A DNA stretch of 64,000 nt from Amoebidium appalachense (taxonomy: Eukaryota > Protista > Ichthyosporea), in contig CAVNZM010000001.1 in assembly GCA_963693365.1 (NCBI GenBank), positions 13,068,418-13,132,417 of the forward strand. Reading direction: 5' to 3'. The notes beneath the pieces are model-generated. The model made no database searches. It was not told the DNA's origin and was given only the letters and a program-made list of their open reading frames with translations. Below are positions 1 to 12,639 of the stretch, piece by piece. How positions within the stretch are numbered: the first letter of the stretch is position 1; each line of letters starts with the position of its first letter. The position numbers and the translations under genes are program-made.

Positions 1-413
1 GGATGTCGCGGACCATGAGCATGGCCATCTTGTGCCGGTCCCAGTGCGTGCGCATGCGGCCCAGCAGGTCCCCCTCGATGGCCCCCTCCAGGTCGGCCGC
101 CACGGTCTGCAGGTGGGCCGAAACCACCTCGTGCAGGCCCTTGTAGAGGCGCTCGCCCTTCTTGTGCAGCACCATGTTGTAGGCGTTGCGATACAGCTCC
201 TCGAACGACAGCTGGCTGGCGTCCTGGTGCTGGATCTTGACTATCGCATCCCGCAGCAGCCGCCATGCCTCCTCGGCCATGCCCGGGTCCTGCTGCTCCA
301 CCAGCCTCAGGCCATGCCCCCTCAAATACACACACACACGCACACACGCACACACACACACACACACACACCTGGGCGGTCTGTGCCCTGTAGGGCTTGA
401 TGCGGTTGGCCAT
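1..413 (-). CDS. CUL3: Cullin-3, N-terminal exons (gene runs off the window start; an upstream coding exon is possible)
   Basis: Spliced translation MANRIKPYRAQTAQ|QDPGMAEEAWRLLRDAIVKIQHQDASQLSFEELYRNAYNMVLHKKGERLY...HWDRHKMAMLMVRDI matches the cullin-3 signature LSFEELYRNAYxMVLHKxGExLY and the MIRDI motif. Confidence 0.9.
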   Translation of the reverse strand, partial: MANRIKPYRAQTAQVCVCVCVCVCACVCVFEGAWPEAGGAAGPGHGRGGMAAAAGCDSQDPAPGRQPAVVRGAVSQRLQHGAAQEGRAPLQGPARGGFGPPADRGGRPGGGHRGGPAGPHAHALGPAQDGHAHGPRH

Positions 414-2149
414 GCTGCCCCGCCACCGGCCAGAGGCCACTGCTGCCGGCCCACTGCTGCCCGGCCCCCGTGAGCCCTTGCCTGCAACCCTCTCTTCCGC
501 CCTGCCTGTCTCAACCCCCACCACCAGCCTACTAGAAATCTCTCCGCCCATCTTCCTCCGTGAAATGCCCTCATACAGCCCCGCTAAACCCCAATCCTTT
601 CGCCCCTTGGCGCACAATGCGTTGCCATTCTGAACACTTTGCCCTGGCAGATCCCACCTCTATTCCCCCAAAAAACAGCCAATCTTCCCAAACCCACTGA
701 TCACTCCCCCCGCAATCCACCAATCACCCCCCCCCCCCCTCCACCTGCGCACATACACATTCACGTGTACCGTGTATGTATGTGCATGACTGCCCGTGTC
801 CTTTTATGTTTTGCTCTCATATTGCAGCTGCTTCTCTCTCCTTCTATGTTCCGTAAATGTGGCTCACGGACAAACATGGTGTGTAGACCCAATTATGGTC
901 TGTGTGGAGTCGTGCTGGTGTGCCAACCCACTAAGGCCCGTCACCCCGATCAGTGCTAAAGGTGTTCTTCAAAACCCCCCATCCCCTCTCCCCTCCGACC
1001 CTTTGGTATATGCATTTGTGTGTTCCCTCGTTCCTGCTTATGGGTGGGTGGGTGCACACGACCCTGCTCCCCCCTTTGCATTTCTGCATCAACCTGCGTG
1101 GTGCAACCACGTGTGTGCAGGCACACAGCCCACTTAACCGAGGTAACGGCGCATAGAAGGAGGGGTTTCCAAGGGGGGAAGGGGAGAATAAGGACATGCA
1201 AGGGGCATGCAAGGGGCAGTGGGGCATGCAAGGGGCAGTGGGGCATGCAAGCATAGAAGCAGTTATGCAAGGTCCAGGGGTGGTTAGAGCAGAAAGGATG
1301 GTTAAAAGGTGGAGTGAAGGCAAGGATATGTAGAGCAATGGGGGCCTCAACATGCGGTACACAAGAAAGAGCAGCACACGGCACAGCACCAAGACCTACA
1401 CACAAGCAGGCGCACACAGTGTGCATCACAACTTGAGCACAGCTCCAAACAACACTTCCACGGTTCCCCAGCCTAGACGGACTGGTGGTGGTGGTGGCAG
1501 TGGTGGTAGAGGAAGAGGGGAGGAAAGAGAGTCGTGGCCAAGGCCTCAGGTAGACCAATCATCCTGCCCCAACACAACCGGGCTGACGAAATATCCCCAC
1601 CACCCTCCACTAGTAAATCACCACCCATGCTGCACACCCACACAACACTTCCAGGATCGGGTACTCGAGAGGCTAACGGGCACTGGGACAATGACCCGTG
1701 CTTGTGTGTTTAAACAGGGGGAGAGGGGCGGGGCGCGGGGAGAGCGAGGGGACAGGGAAGAGGGAAGGATTTTCTTCCTGGCAAACATAAAAATATGCAA
1801 AGGCCCCAATGCCCAAGAAAACAGGATAAAAAGAAGCAGGAGAAACAGACACGGGGGCCAATCACCAAGCCATATGTGCATGCTTCTAGCCCTGTGCTTT
1901 AGCACAGGCAGAAAGCACATATGCAAACATGAAGTGCAATGGCAGAAGTGTCACTGCATATGCATGCCAGCATTTGTTTCCTTGGTGTGCGAATATTTCA
2001 GCTGTGCACCCATGTGTGTGGCCATGTATTTACATACATCATATATGTGCACGTTTGATGCTCAGCAATGCGTGTTTGTGTATGTGCGCATTTGTGCATG
2101 TGTGCATTGATGCTTGTGCGTGTGCGTGTGCGTGTGCAGGCATTGTCTG

Positions 2150-2194
<45 letters not shown>

Positions 2195-2281
2195 GCGCAC
2201 GTGTGTGTAAGTGCAATTGTGTGCGTGTCCAGGTGTGTGTGTGTGTGTTCGGGTGCAGGTGCGTGCGTGCGTGTGTGAGTG

Positions 2282-2335
<54 letters not shown>

Positions 2336-3040
2336 TGTTTGTGTGTGTGTATGTTGTGCATGTGCGTATGCGTGTGTGTGCGCGCATGTGTTGTGCGTGC
2401 ATAAGTGTGTGCGTGCGTGCCTGCGTGTGTGTGCGCGCGCAGGCGCGTGAGCGTGTGTGCACCTGCATTCATGGGCAAAGGGGCCCACATACCCAGGAGA
2501 GTGCTGCAGGTGCAGCCCCAAGAGGCACGGTGCCCCTGCACGGTCTGCCCTGCCCAGCTGCCGGTCAGTGCCTTGCCCCTACACAGTGCGCCCTGCTGTG
2601 CTTGTGCTCAGCTGCAGGAAAACCAGAAACCCGTTGTGACCCGGCAAGCTAGCTCTAGAAATGGCCACACTGCACTTCATACAAACTACTGCCCCAAGTC
2701 GTCCACAGCAACAGGCAGGTGGGACAACCAGCCACACACGGGGGTGGCCTGCACAGGTGGCACGCACAGCAGTGTCCTTCTGCAACAATAGGGTAGGCAT
2801 ACCGGGAAGGGGGGGGGGGGGAGGAGGGGGAGAGGGGAGACGGTATATAGTTCTGCAATAACCAAGCAGAAGCCACCAATGGCACCTAGCCTTAATGGCA
2901 CGTGCATAATGAACCGGGGGGGGGGGGGGGGGGGAAGAAGCTGTGAACTTGAAATGGCCAAGGAGCAGCTCAGCAGCTGCCAGGAGCCACCTGCCTGGTA
3001 CAGTCATGGGGGAAGCGGGGGAGGGAGAGGAGGGGGGGGT

Positions 3041-3071
<31 letters not shown>

Positions 3072-3588
3072 GGGGGGGAGGGGGGGGGGAGGTGGCAAAC
3101 TTGCAGTAATCAAGCTGCAGCAATCAAGGGCACAGAGCAATCAAGGGCACAGAGCGTTATATGAGCACACACTCTTAAACTGGTACCAAACATACAGCAG
3201 CAGCAAAGAGAAATCATTAGGAGCTAGGCAGAACCTGCAAAGAGCACCAAACAGGGCGTCTCACAAGCATTCGCAGAGGCCTGCGGCAAGCATTCCAAGG
3301 CCACACACACCTGTTCTGAACAAAGCACTTCTGCTTGCCAAGCTGTCCACCACCGTTCTACCCAGCACCAGAGAAAAGGGATCCAGAAAAATGACGGTAG
3401 GAATTAACCCGTTTCCGGCTTCCAAAAAAACAGGCCTCCTGCCAGCCTGCAGCTTATCTGCCCTGCCTTCCTGCCTTTCTCGATGCCCTCCTGCCTGTCA
3501 GCCTGTCCGCCTGTCCGCTCACCACTTTAATAATCTGCCTGTGCACTGCCGCTATTTAGCCTTAGTGCACTGCCGCTATTGCGCCTTA

Positions 3589-3631
<43 letters not shown>

Positions 3632-3699
3632 TTGTCTGCCTGCCTAGCTCAAGTTCCTGTCACAGTCCAGAGCGCGTCCAATCCGAAAGTTCGAAACAT

Positions 3700-3850
3700 A
3701 GTGCTGGCGATTTTCACGATGACGTCACGATGGAAATTAGAGTCCAAATAAAGCTAGACAAATACGCACCTGATTGGCTAATCTGATTTAGTTCTCTCGA
3801 TTGCGATTGGTTAGTGGCCAGCCAATGATCTCAGTCTGCCTGATTCAGGT
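3700..3850. promoter_or_regulatory. Putative bidirectional promoter (CUL3 / tryptophan synthase) with CRE and CCAAT boxes
   Basis: TGACGTCA at about 3720 plus GATTGG and GCCAAT elements between two divergent genes. Confidence 0.5.
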
Positions 3851-4054
3851 GCCCTCGGCCTGGCGGCCCGGTAGGCTGCATGTGATGGTCATTACAGTCA
3901 TTGCAGTCCTTACTCCGTGTTTATATTCCGTGCCCCCTAGCGTGTGTACAAGCGCCCTAGCTGTGCCACAGATCCTTGTGTTCACCGCCCAGCTCGCCCA
4001 ATTCGCCGTAACGCCTTGGCCTCACCCAGCCCAGCGCCTAAACCACACGGCACC

Positions 4055-5130
4055 ATGACTGAGCAGCTCCTGTCCACGTTTGCGCGCTGCAAGCAGGAAG
4101 GTGGGTGGTGGGCGTGGGGCAGGATTTGGGCCGGCCGGCTGGCTGACTGCCGTCTCCACCCACAGGCAGGGCGGCGTTTGTGACGTATCTGACGGCCGGC
4201 TTTCCGCGGCGCCAGGACACTGTGCCACTCCTGCTGAGCCTGCAGGCTGGCGGGGCCGACGTAATTGAAATTGGTGCGTGCCCTGGGCTGGCAGGGGATC
4301 GGTGGGTGGGGGAAGAGATGGCATGCTGACCCTGTTATGTGGGCTGCAGGGGTCCCGTTCACAGACCCAATAGCAGATGGCCCTACCATCCAGTATGCTA
4401 ACCAGGTGCGTGGTGTGTGGCAAGGGGGGCAGAGGGGTGGGGGGTGCTGACGGGCAGGGGTTCAGGTTGCGCTGGACCACGGCACCAACTCGTATGCCGA
4501 CTGCCTGGACATAGTGCGTGAGGCCCGCAGCCAGGGCCTGACCCTGCCGGTGGTCTTCATGGGCTACTACAACCCCATAGTGGCGTAGGTGGCCTGGCGG
4601 GCAGGGGGTGGGTGGGGGTGTGGGCTCACGGTGGGCGGGCAGGTACGGGGAGCAGCAGCTGATCAGCGATTGCAAGGCCGCGGGGGTCAACGGGTTCATA
4701 GTCGTCGACCTGCCCCCTGAGGAGTCTCTGGCCTTCCGCAGGGTCTGCCGTGACCAGGGGTGCGCAGTGGCTCCTAGGGGGGGGGAGGAGGTGGGGGGGG
4801 TAGGGGGAGGGGCAGAGGCTGACAGTGGGCAAGTGCAGGCTCAGCTTTGTGCCGCTGATAGCACCCACCACCACAGACGAGCGCATGGCGCACCTGTGCA
4901 AGTGTGCAGACTCGTTCATCTACTGTGTCAGGTGTGCACGGGGCCGGGCCGGGTGGGTGGGGGTTGGCTGGCCAGCGTCTTACAGGGGTTGGGGGTGGTG
5001 GGCAGTCTGACGGGGGTGACGGGTGAGCGCACGGAGCTGAGTGCCGACCTGCCCAACTTCGTGGCCCGCCTGCGTGCAAACACCCAGCTGCCCCTGGCCA
5101 TCGGCTTTGGCGTGTGTGCCCTGGCTTTTT

Positions 5131-5161
<31 letters not shown>

Positions 5162-7219
5162 AGGAGTTGAGGGTTTCTGACGGGCTGAGCAGGTCAGCAC
5201 ACGGGAGCACTTTGAGCAGGTGGCGGCGCTGGGTGACGGTGTGGTGATTGGCTCGGCCATTATCCGCACCGTGGCTGCTGCAGGTTGATGGCCGGGTCCC
5301 CTCTCGTGGGCCGGGTGGTTGGTAGTGGTCTGACTGTGGGGGTGCAGCCAAGGAGGGCACGGACATTGGGGAGGCAGCAAAGAGCTACTGCCAGGGCGTG
5401 GCCAAGGCCCAGGCCCCTGCCACGGCAGGCACTAGCAGCCACACATACAAGACCGCAGCATTCGACTCCCAGGCATGCCGCATGCCCCCTGCATGCATGC
5501 ACACCCCCACTGGGCCAGCAGGGCTGATGGGCAGGGCAGGAGAACGACACGTGCTTCCGGTTTGGTGCATTTGGGGGCCGCTATGTGCCCGAGACGCTGG
5601 TCAGTGCCCTGGACGAGCTGGACAAGCAGTACGCCCAGGCCAAGGCTGACCCGGCATTCTGGGAGGAGTTCAAAAGCTACTACCAGGTCCGCACGGGGGG
5701 GGGGGGGGGGGGGGGGGGGGCATGGGGGCAGGGTGCTGACTCTGGCACGTGTTGCAGTACATTGGGCGGCCATCATCCCTGCACCTGGCATCCCGCATGA
5801 CCGAGGCTGCTGGGGGGGCCCGGATCTGGCTCAAGCGGGAGGACCTCAACCACACAGGGTCACACAAGATCAACAACGCCATAGGCCAGGCCCTGCTGGC
5901 CAAGCGCCTGGGCAAGCGCCGCATCATTGCCGAGACAGGCGCAGGCCAGCACGGTGTGGCCACAGCCACGGTCTGCGCCATGCTGGACCTGGACCTGACC
6001 GTACGTGGCGGGGGGGGGGGGGGGGGGTTTGCCATGCACATGGAGGTGTGGGAGGCAGACCACTGGCACACAGGCATACCACTGGCACACAGGCATACCA
6101 CTAGCACACAGGCACACATAGGGCTTACTGGGCACACAGGTGTACATGGGGGCTGAGGACGTAGAGCGACAAGCGCTGAACGTGTTCCGCATGGAGCTGC
6201 TGGGGGCCAAGGTCGTGCCAGGTAGGGGTTAAAGAGTGCCAGGAGGGGTTAAGGTCGTGCCCCCTAGGGATTAAGGTCGTGCCAGGAGGGGGTGAGGTCG
6301 TGAACGGTAGGGGTTAAGGCCGTGCCAGATAGGGGTTTAAGTGGTGCCAGGTATGTAGGAGTTTAGGTCGTGCCAGATATGAAGGGGTTTAAGGCCGTGC
6401 CAGGTATGTAGGGGTTAAGGCCGTGTCATAAAGGGGTTTAAGGCCGTGCCAGGTATGTAGGGGCTAAGGCCGTGCCAGGTATGAAGGGGTTAAGGCCGTG
6501 CCAGGTATGAAGGGGTTTAAGGCCGTGCCAGGTATGTAGGGGCTAATGCCGTGCCAGGTAGGGGCCAAGATGTTTTGTGCTAGGAACAGCCGGCTCACAG
6601 AGTGCATGCAGGACCACAGCCCACACAGTGCGGGGTGGGCGGGTGCCGGGGGGGGGGGGGGGGGGGGGGGGGGGGAGGGACACTGACAGGGTGGGGGGTG
6701 CAGTGGAGTCCGGGGCACGGACACTGAAGGATGCCATTAACGAGGCCATGCGCGACTGGGTCACAAACATCACCACCACGCACTACCTGATTGGTAGGTC
6801 ACAAATATTAGTACTACACACTACCTGACTGGTAGGTCGCAAACATTGTTACTACACACTACCTGATTGGTAGGTCACAAACATTATTACTACACACTAT
6901 CTGATTGGTAGGTTATAAACATTATTACTACACACTACCTGATTGGTAGGTCACAAACATTATTACTACACACTACCTGATCGGTAGGTCACAAACATTA
7001 TTACTACACACTACCTGATTGGTAGGTCACAAGCATTATTACTTCACACCACCTGGTTGATAGCTGCCTGTCCAAGACTCTAGTCGACACACCATGTGGC
7101 ATGCAGTGCAGGCCAGCCACTAACGACCAGTGGGTGCAGGGTCTGTGATTGGGCCCTATCCATTCCCCATGATTGTGCGCGACTTTCAGTCGGTCATCGG
7201 CAAGGAGGCCCGTGAGCAG

Positions 7220-7274
<55 letters not shown>

Positions 7275-9586
7275 TGTGTGTGCCAGGTACGTGTGTGCGG
7301 TGCCGTGCGTCCGTGCGTGCGTGCGTGCGTGTGTGTGTGCGTGTGTGCGTGTTTGCTTGCTAGCATGCTTGCTTGCGGTGTGTGTGTATGTGTGTGTGTG
7401 TGGGGGGGGGGGGGGAGGGGGGGGGGAAGGGTGGGGGGAGGGGGGGGGGAAGGGTGGGGGAGGGGGGGGGGGAAGGGTGGGGGGAGGGGGGAGGGGGGAG
7501 GGGGGGGGGTTGCTGATGGTGAGGCACAGATGCTCGAGTCTGCCGGGAAACTGCCGGACTATGTGGTTGCCTGTGTGGGCGGTGGCAGGTGGGTGCCCTC
7601 CCCCAGCACATGCATGCAGCACCCAGTCCTGCCATCCTGTGACTTGGCACCCTCATGCACCGTGCCTTGCTTTCTGTATGCTTTTGCTCTAGCATGGCAG
7701 TAGGGCGCACGGCGCCTGTGTTGTGTGCCATCTGGCCCTGTGTTTTGTGCCATCTGGCCCTGTGTTGTGCGCCATCTGGCCCTGTGTTGTGTGCCATCTG
7801 GCCTTACTGTGTGTGATCTGTACTGTGTGCCCTCTACTGTATCTGACCTATGGGTCGGCAGCAATGCCATGGGCATCTTCCACCCGTTCATCAACGACAA
7901 GGAGGTGCAGCTGGTGGGCGTGGAGGCTGGTGGTGACGGTCAGTCCTGCCAGGGGCCAGCATGGGGGTGCTGGGGGAGGGGTGCTGACGGGGGAGCAGGG
8001 GTGGAGACGGGGCGGCATTCGGCCACTCTGAGTGCGGGCAAGCCGGGGGTGCTGCACGGCACCCGCACATACCTGCTGCAGGACGACAAGGGCCAGATCA
8101 CCGCCACACACAGCATCAGCGCCGTACGCTTGCCCCAGCCACGGGGGGGGAGGAAGGGGGGCATGCAGGGACTGATTGGGGGCACAGGGCCTGGACTATC
8201 CCGGGGTGGGCCCTGAGCACGCATGGCTCAAGGACCAGCTGAGGGCCCAGTACACCAGCGTCACAGACAGGCAGGCACTCGAGGGCTTCCTGCAGATGAG
8301 CCAGCTGGAGGGTGTGTGTGTGCGTGTGTGCGTGTGTGCGTGTGTGTGCATGCGTGTGTGCGTGTGCGTGCGCGTGTGCGTGTGCGTGATTGAGTGTGTG
8401 TGCCTGCTCTGTGCTTGCGTACGGGCATGTGGATTTGCGTGCGTGCGTGCATGCATGCGTGTTGTGCATGTGTTCAGTGTCCCCGTGTGCGTGCCCGTGT
8501 TCTTGTACAAGTCCGGGCATGCCTGCGTGCATGCGGGAGTCTGTGCTGCTTGGGTGCCAGGTGTGTACGCACCATCAGTGTGTTTGCCATGTGCACATGT
8601 GCCCGTGCACGTGTCTGCGTGTGGGTGCGTGCGCGCGTGAATGCATGTGCGTGCATGCGTGCATGCACCGGCTGCGTCTGTGTGTGAGAGAGTCCGTGTG
8701 TCTTTGGTGCCCGGTGTGTGTGAGTACCATATGTGTGCGTGTGCGTAATGGCAGGCATATATGGCGTGGGTACAGGCGTGGAAGGGGCCGCGTGTTGTGT
8801 TCATACAGTCTGTGTGCTATGACTTCGTGTGGATAGCGTGGGTGCCGTGTGTGTGTGCATGCGTGTGTGCCCGTGTCATGTGTATAGGTGTGCGTATTTG
8901 TGCTTGTCTACCCGTGCCCGTGTGTGTGTGATGTGTATAGGTGTGCGTATTTGTGCATTTGTGCCCGTTCCTGTTGTGTGTGCATGTGAGTGGATATCCT
9001 GCTCACGTGTGCCCGTGTCCGTGTGTGTGTGCATGTTTGTACATGTGTGTCCATGCCCGTGCATGTGTATGTGTATGCATGTTTGTGCATGTGTATGTGT
9101 ATGCATGTTTGTGCATGTGTATGGGTATGCATGTTTGTGCATGTGTATGGGTATGCATGTTTGTGCATGTGTATGGGTATGCATGTTGTGCATGTGCGCT
9201 GTGTGTGCTGACGGCAGGGCAGGGATCATCCCGGCACTTGAGAGTGCACATGCGGCCTACCACGCCCTCAAGCTGGCCAAGACCCTGCCCAAGGACAAGG
9301 TGCGCCCTGGCCTGGGCCCGGCATGCACATGGGGTGGGGGTTGGAGGGGAGGGGGGGGGGAGCTTAGGAATATGTGGGCAGGTTGGCGGGTGGTGTGTGT
9401 GTGGGGGGGAGGGGCTGGTGGTTTGGGGAGTGGGGGGGAGGAGGGGGGGTTCAGGACAAGCACTGAGGCAGGGGCATGCAGGATGTGCTTGTGTGTGTCA
9501 GCGGGCGGGGAGACAAGGACGTGGCCCAGATCCGCACAGCCCTGCCCAAATTCGGACTCGACCCCAAGGCCATGCCCGCCGTGTGA
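4055..9586 (+). CDS. TRP5: Tryptophan synthase, fused alpha+beta (fungal TRP5 type), multi-exon
   Basis: Alpha motifs [48 protein letters not shown]. Beta motifs [30 protein letters not shown] (PLP lysine), [55 protein letters not shown] at 4055, TGA at 9584-9586. Confidence 0.97.
6209..6563 (+). repeat. Tandem array of a 22-26 nt unit copied from the exon end plus 5' splice site
   Basis: Exon ends AAGGTCGTGCCAG|GTAGGGGTT (donor 6222) and is followed by roughly 14 variants of AAGGCCGTGCCAGGTATGTAGGGGTT. Confidence 0.9.
6758..7060 (+). repeat. Tandem array of a 38-nt unit (last 34 exon nt + GTAG)
   Basis: About 7 intronic copies of GGTCACAAACATTATTACTACACACTACCTGATTGGTA follow the exon sequence encoding [12 protein letters not shown] (donor 6794). 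Confidence 0.92.
7716..7805 (+). repeat. Intronic minisatellite, 22-nt unit x4
   Basis: TGTGTTGTGTGCCATCTGGCCC repeated. Confidence 0.8.
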
Positions 9587-9722
9587 GCAGCCCGTTGATT
9601 GGCACATGATGTTTATTCCTTTAAATTAATTGGTCCTTCATGTTTATTCCTTATGTTTATTGGTGCAATGTGTATGTATGTACAACGGCCTAGGTGGCCC
9701 TCCGTGAGGGCTTGAATAAAAG

Positions 9723-10386
9723 CTAGTTGTGGTCGTAGACCATGTACACAGCCACATAGCGCACGTAGAACGCCAAGATGCTGCAGAGCCCCTGCACCGA
9801 TGCATGTCAGCACAGGCCCCGGGGGGGGGGGGGGGGGGGGGGCAGTTACCTGGAAGATGAGCAGGCGCAGGCACAGGGTGTCCTCACGCATGGGCCCCAG
9901 GGCATGCAGAAAGAAGTTGATCAGCGTCAGGTTGCTGACCCGCACCTGCAACCTCCCCGTGGTGAATATGAACTCACAGCCCTCTTCCCCCCCCTTGCAC
10001 TGTCGCATACTACCTGTGTGTCCCCGCCAGGCAGGGGGCTCTTGATGACGGTGGCCAGGCGCAGGGCCCCGAGGATGGCCAACACAAGGTGGCCGGGCCG
10101 GCGCAGCTCACTGGCCTTGAACTCGGCCATGCTGCACTCCACAAGCCCCGTCTTGGCATTGAGCCTGCACACCCGTCAGCATGTGCCTGCAGCCAACCAT
10201 ATGGCTGTGCCCAGGGCCACCTAGGCCTTATGGGCATATATATTGGGCATATATATGCCCAGGGCCACCTAGGCCTTATGATCATACATATGCCCAGGGC
10301 CACCCAGGGCAGATGGCCATATACAGCAACCAATATCCTCGTGTACTATCCGTGACCCTACCGGTTGCGTGTGTGTGTGGGGGGGG

Positions 10387-10431
<45 letters not shown>

Positions 10432-10615
10432 GGGGGTGGAGGGGGCTGGCAGACACCAAGAGAATGTGTCCTGATGGGTCGCACACAGCCACACGTGTGT
10501 GCTTGTCTGCACTGGCCCAGGCAGCTGCTTCACCCTACCCTGCCTGCCCTGAACTGCCGACCGTTTTTTCTTTCTTTACTTTTTCTTTTCTTCTTCTTCT
10601 TCTTTTTTTTTTTTT

Positions 10616-10657
<42 letters not shown>

Positions 10658-10844
10658 CAATACCTGGGCATTCTGTGGCGTGGGCAGGGCAGCAGGCGGA
10701 ACAGTTGGGGCACCGAGTAGAGGAAGTTGAGCACCTGCAATGCACGGTCAGTGAGGGCACACAGGGCCTGCAAGGGCCACTAGGGCTGGCCGGCCAAGCA
10801 GGTGCAAGGTCAGAGAGGGCCTGAATGGCTCTATGTGCACGGCA

Positions 10845-10896
<52 letters not shown>

Positions 10897-11431
10897 GCTC
10901 TGACCTGGGGGATGAAGAACAGCAGCACGGTCTTTGAGAAGTGGCCCAGGATGCCCACGACGGCAAAGGTCATGCCGGCAAAGTAGCAGAAGGTGTCGCC
11001 CACAAAGACGCTGGCCGGGTACCAGTTGTGCAGGGTGAGTGCGGCCGTGGTGGCCACAAAGGGGCCCAGCAGGTACAGGCTCAGCAGGTGCTGGTGCCGG
11101 TTGCTGCCCCCCAGCTGCACCCAGTTGTTGGCCATGATCGACACCCCTATCACCAGCTGCTGCCCCGTCAGCAACAACCACCACCACCAACCCCCCCAAA
11201 TGACACGTACGGATTGACCGGCCTCCAGGCCATTGACCCCCGAGAGGATGTTGATGGCGTTGGTGCAGAAGACGGCCAGCATGCCCATGTACACATAGTA
11301 CACGGGCCCTGCACGGCAAGTCCGTGCGTGTGAGTGTGGGCGGGCGCGTGTGCACGTGCATGCAAGGCACGTTTTTTGCGAATGATGTTTTTCAAGTGCC
11401 TGTGTGTGTGCATGCCCATGGTAGCCTTCAC

Positions 11432-11471
<40 letters not shown>

Positions 11472-11511
11472 GTGTGTGTGTGTGCGTGTGGGTGTGGGTG
11501 TGGGTGTGGGC

Positions 11512-11544
<33 letters not shown>

Positions 11545-12638
11545 CCGCAAGTGCACGCATGTGTTCTTTTGTGTCCATCAGTGGCTGTACCTGTTTCCAG
11601 GCGAGCCTATGCATGTGTGCACGTTTGTGTGTGCGTGCCCATGCTTGTGTGTGTGTGCCTGTATGGTGTATGTGTGTGCATGTGTGTGCTGTGTGTGCCT
11701 GTGTTGGCATTTGTGTCTGCCTGTGCCTGGGTGGTCAGGACAGGGAGGGCCAGCAAGCAAGCACACCTATGTCCAGGTCTTGGCCCAAATAGGGGCGCAG
11801 CTGGCGCGGCACGGATATGGTGGTGGAGCCAATGTTGACGTAGTAGACCATCAGCAGGGGCAGCGACGCCACGGTGGGCAGTATCAGCTTGTACCTGCAC
11901 ACCAAATAAGCACCTCCCAGCCCGCCAGAGGCGGGCATAATGTGCAGAAGGGGGGGTATCGTACCTCCACTTAAGATTTAGCACGTCGTCGGCAAAGCCC
12001 AGGAAGGTCATGCAGCAGATGGACAGCAGCGCCGCCAGAAACTCCACAAACTGCACCCTGCAACTCAGCCAGGCCCAGCCCACACCCCAAAGGGCAAACG
12101 TACCGCGGCGTGGGGAAAGGGCTTGTTGTCGTTTATGAAGTACTCCAGGAAGGCGTAGGGAATGAAAAGGAACATGCATACCAGGTAGCACACACCCACC
12201 ACCATCCCCAGGCTCTCGGGGCTGCACCATCCCTGTCAGCCTCCCCCTCGAACGAACCCCTCCCTCCCCCTCCTCCCCGCCACCCCCATCACACACACAC
12301 TCCCGCACACACATCACCACCACCACACCCCTCGTTCCCTCCCCTCTGAGCCTACGAGACGCACATTTCCGGCTGGCCGGGCTTGTTCAGGTCCTTGCCC
12401 TTGCGGCCAGCGTCCAAGAACAGCTGGCGCACACCCGGTATCATCTGGTAGGCGGCCAGGAAGGAGGCCAGGGACATGAGAAAGTGCACGGCCAGCCGGT
12501 GCGAGTGCTGCGTCCACAGCCCTGCCCCGCCCCACCTTCAGCCCCTGCCCTCTGCCCCCCGCCCAGTCGCGCCGCCCACCTACCAGCCGTGATGGCCAGC
12601 ACGCCGGCCCAGGCAGCCGGGTTGCGCAGCGCCTCCAT
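9723..12638 (-). CDS. DPAGT1: UDP-GlcNAc:dolichyl-phosphate GlcNAc-1-phosphotransferase (DPAGT1/ALG7), multi-exon
   Basis: Motifs [114 protein letters not shown] at 12638, stop at 9723. Confidence 0.97.
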
Positions 12639-12639
12639 T

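Noticed and set aside
1929-2652. Long His/Thr- or Cys/Val-rich ORFs here and at 8200-9200, 17900-18600, 36250-36700 and 41250-43450
   Set aside because: These are translations of (CA)n/(TG)n/(CGTG)n microsatellites in introns or intergenic DNA.
6758-7060. CRISPR-like appearance of the 38-nt and 48-nt arrays
   Set aside because: The units are head-to-tail without unique spacers, derive from host exon sequence, and there are no cas genes in this eukaryotic context.
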